Shown here: positions 63,796-64,000 of the stretch, piece by piece | How positions within the stretch are numbered: the first letter of the stretch is position 1 | How the letters are laid out: each line of letters opens with the position of its first letter | Source: Marsupella aquatica | Taxonomy: Eukaryota > Plantae > Marchantiophyta | Assembly (NCBI GenBank): GCA_973895155.1 | Contig: OZ316892.1 | Span: 8,844,183 to 8,908,182, forward strand | Length of the DNA: 64,000 bases | Reading direction: 5' to 3' | Made by a program: the position numbers and the translations under genes | The notes under the pieces: generated by a model | The model's database searches: none | What the model was told of the DNA's origin: nothing | The model's input: only the letters and a program-made list of their open reading frames with translations

Positions 63796-64000
63796 TGTTG
63801 AACTAAGACGTCATTCGCAACGACCATACAACCATGACTCATTTCATGCACACGTAGTCGACACAATCTCTACGTGGTTCACCTCTTCTCCAAGGCTACG
63901 TCCACACGAACACTCAAGCTTTACTTCAAGAGTAGACGAACACACATCCTCTCCCTCTTCCTCAAGTTGCTCTATTACAATCAGTAAGCATCACACCCCA
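63796..64000 (-). mobile_element. Third copy of the Copia LTR, inverted (3' LTR or solo LTR), truncated by window end
   Basis: Reverse complement of ~53280-53484 with no mismatch seen; flank reads cgggccgggg as at 53485; no PBS after it. Confidence 0.95.

Larger units (their letters stand above)
46418..64000 (-). mobile_element. Large cargo-carrying hAT DNA transposon; left end approximate, right end outside the window
   Basis: hAT transposase at 59166-62084; mirror-image GCCGGG-rich subterminal arrays (46495-46787 plus 53485-53960, versus 63300-63795); internal inverted repeat; candidate terminus cctggtaatcaaatacgc at 46418. Confidence 0.65.

Overview
Eukaryotic nuclear DNA, most likely a flagellated-sperm land plant such as a liverwort or other bryophyte (inferred from GT-AG introns, plant-type genes and a ciliary CEP41 homologue). 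Host genes are CEP41-like (+), organellar NDPK3-type (-), U11/U12 snRNP 59K (-), a small plastid membrane protein of cyanobacterial type (+) and an intronless ARM/BLE2-like gene (-). Mobile DNA includes an orphan 610-aa TE-type ORF, a pogo-like non-autonomous element, two tRNA-derived SINE copies and LINE/integrase remnants. Two regions stand out. (1) At 31.8-36.6 kb, a 3-exon, ~869-aa gene ends in a degenerate beta-class (N4C/N6A) DNA methyltransferase fold and is embedded in its own ~130-bp tandem arrays. (2) From ~46.4 kb to the window end, a large hAT (BED-DUF659) element carries protein-kinase and RING-H2 cargo genes. Both of its GC-rich ends contain the same Copia LTR in mirror orientation at the identical site CGGGC|CGGGG. 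All coordinates and translations were read by eye; no database searches were run.
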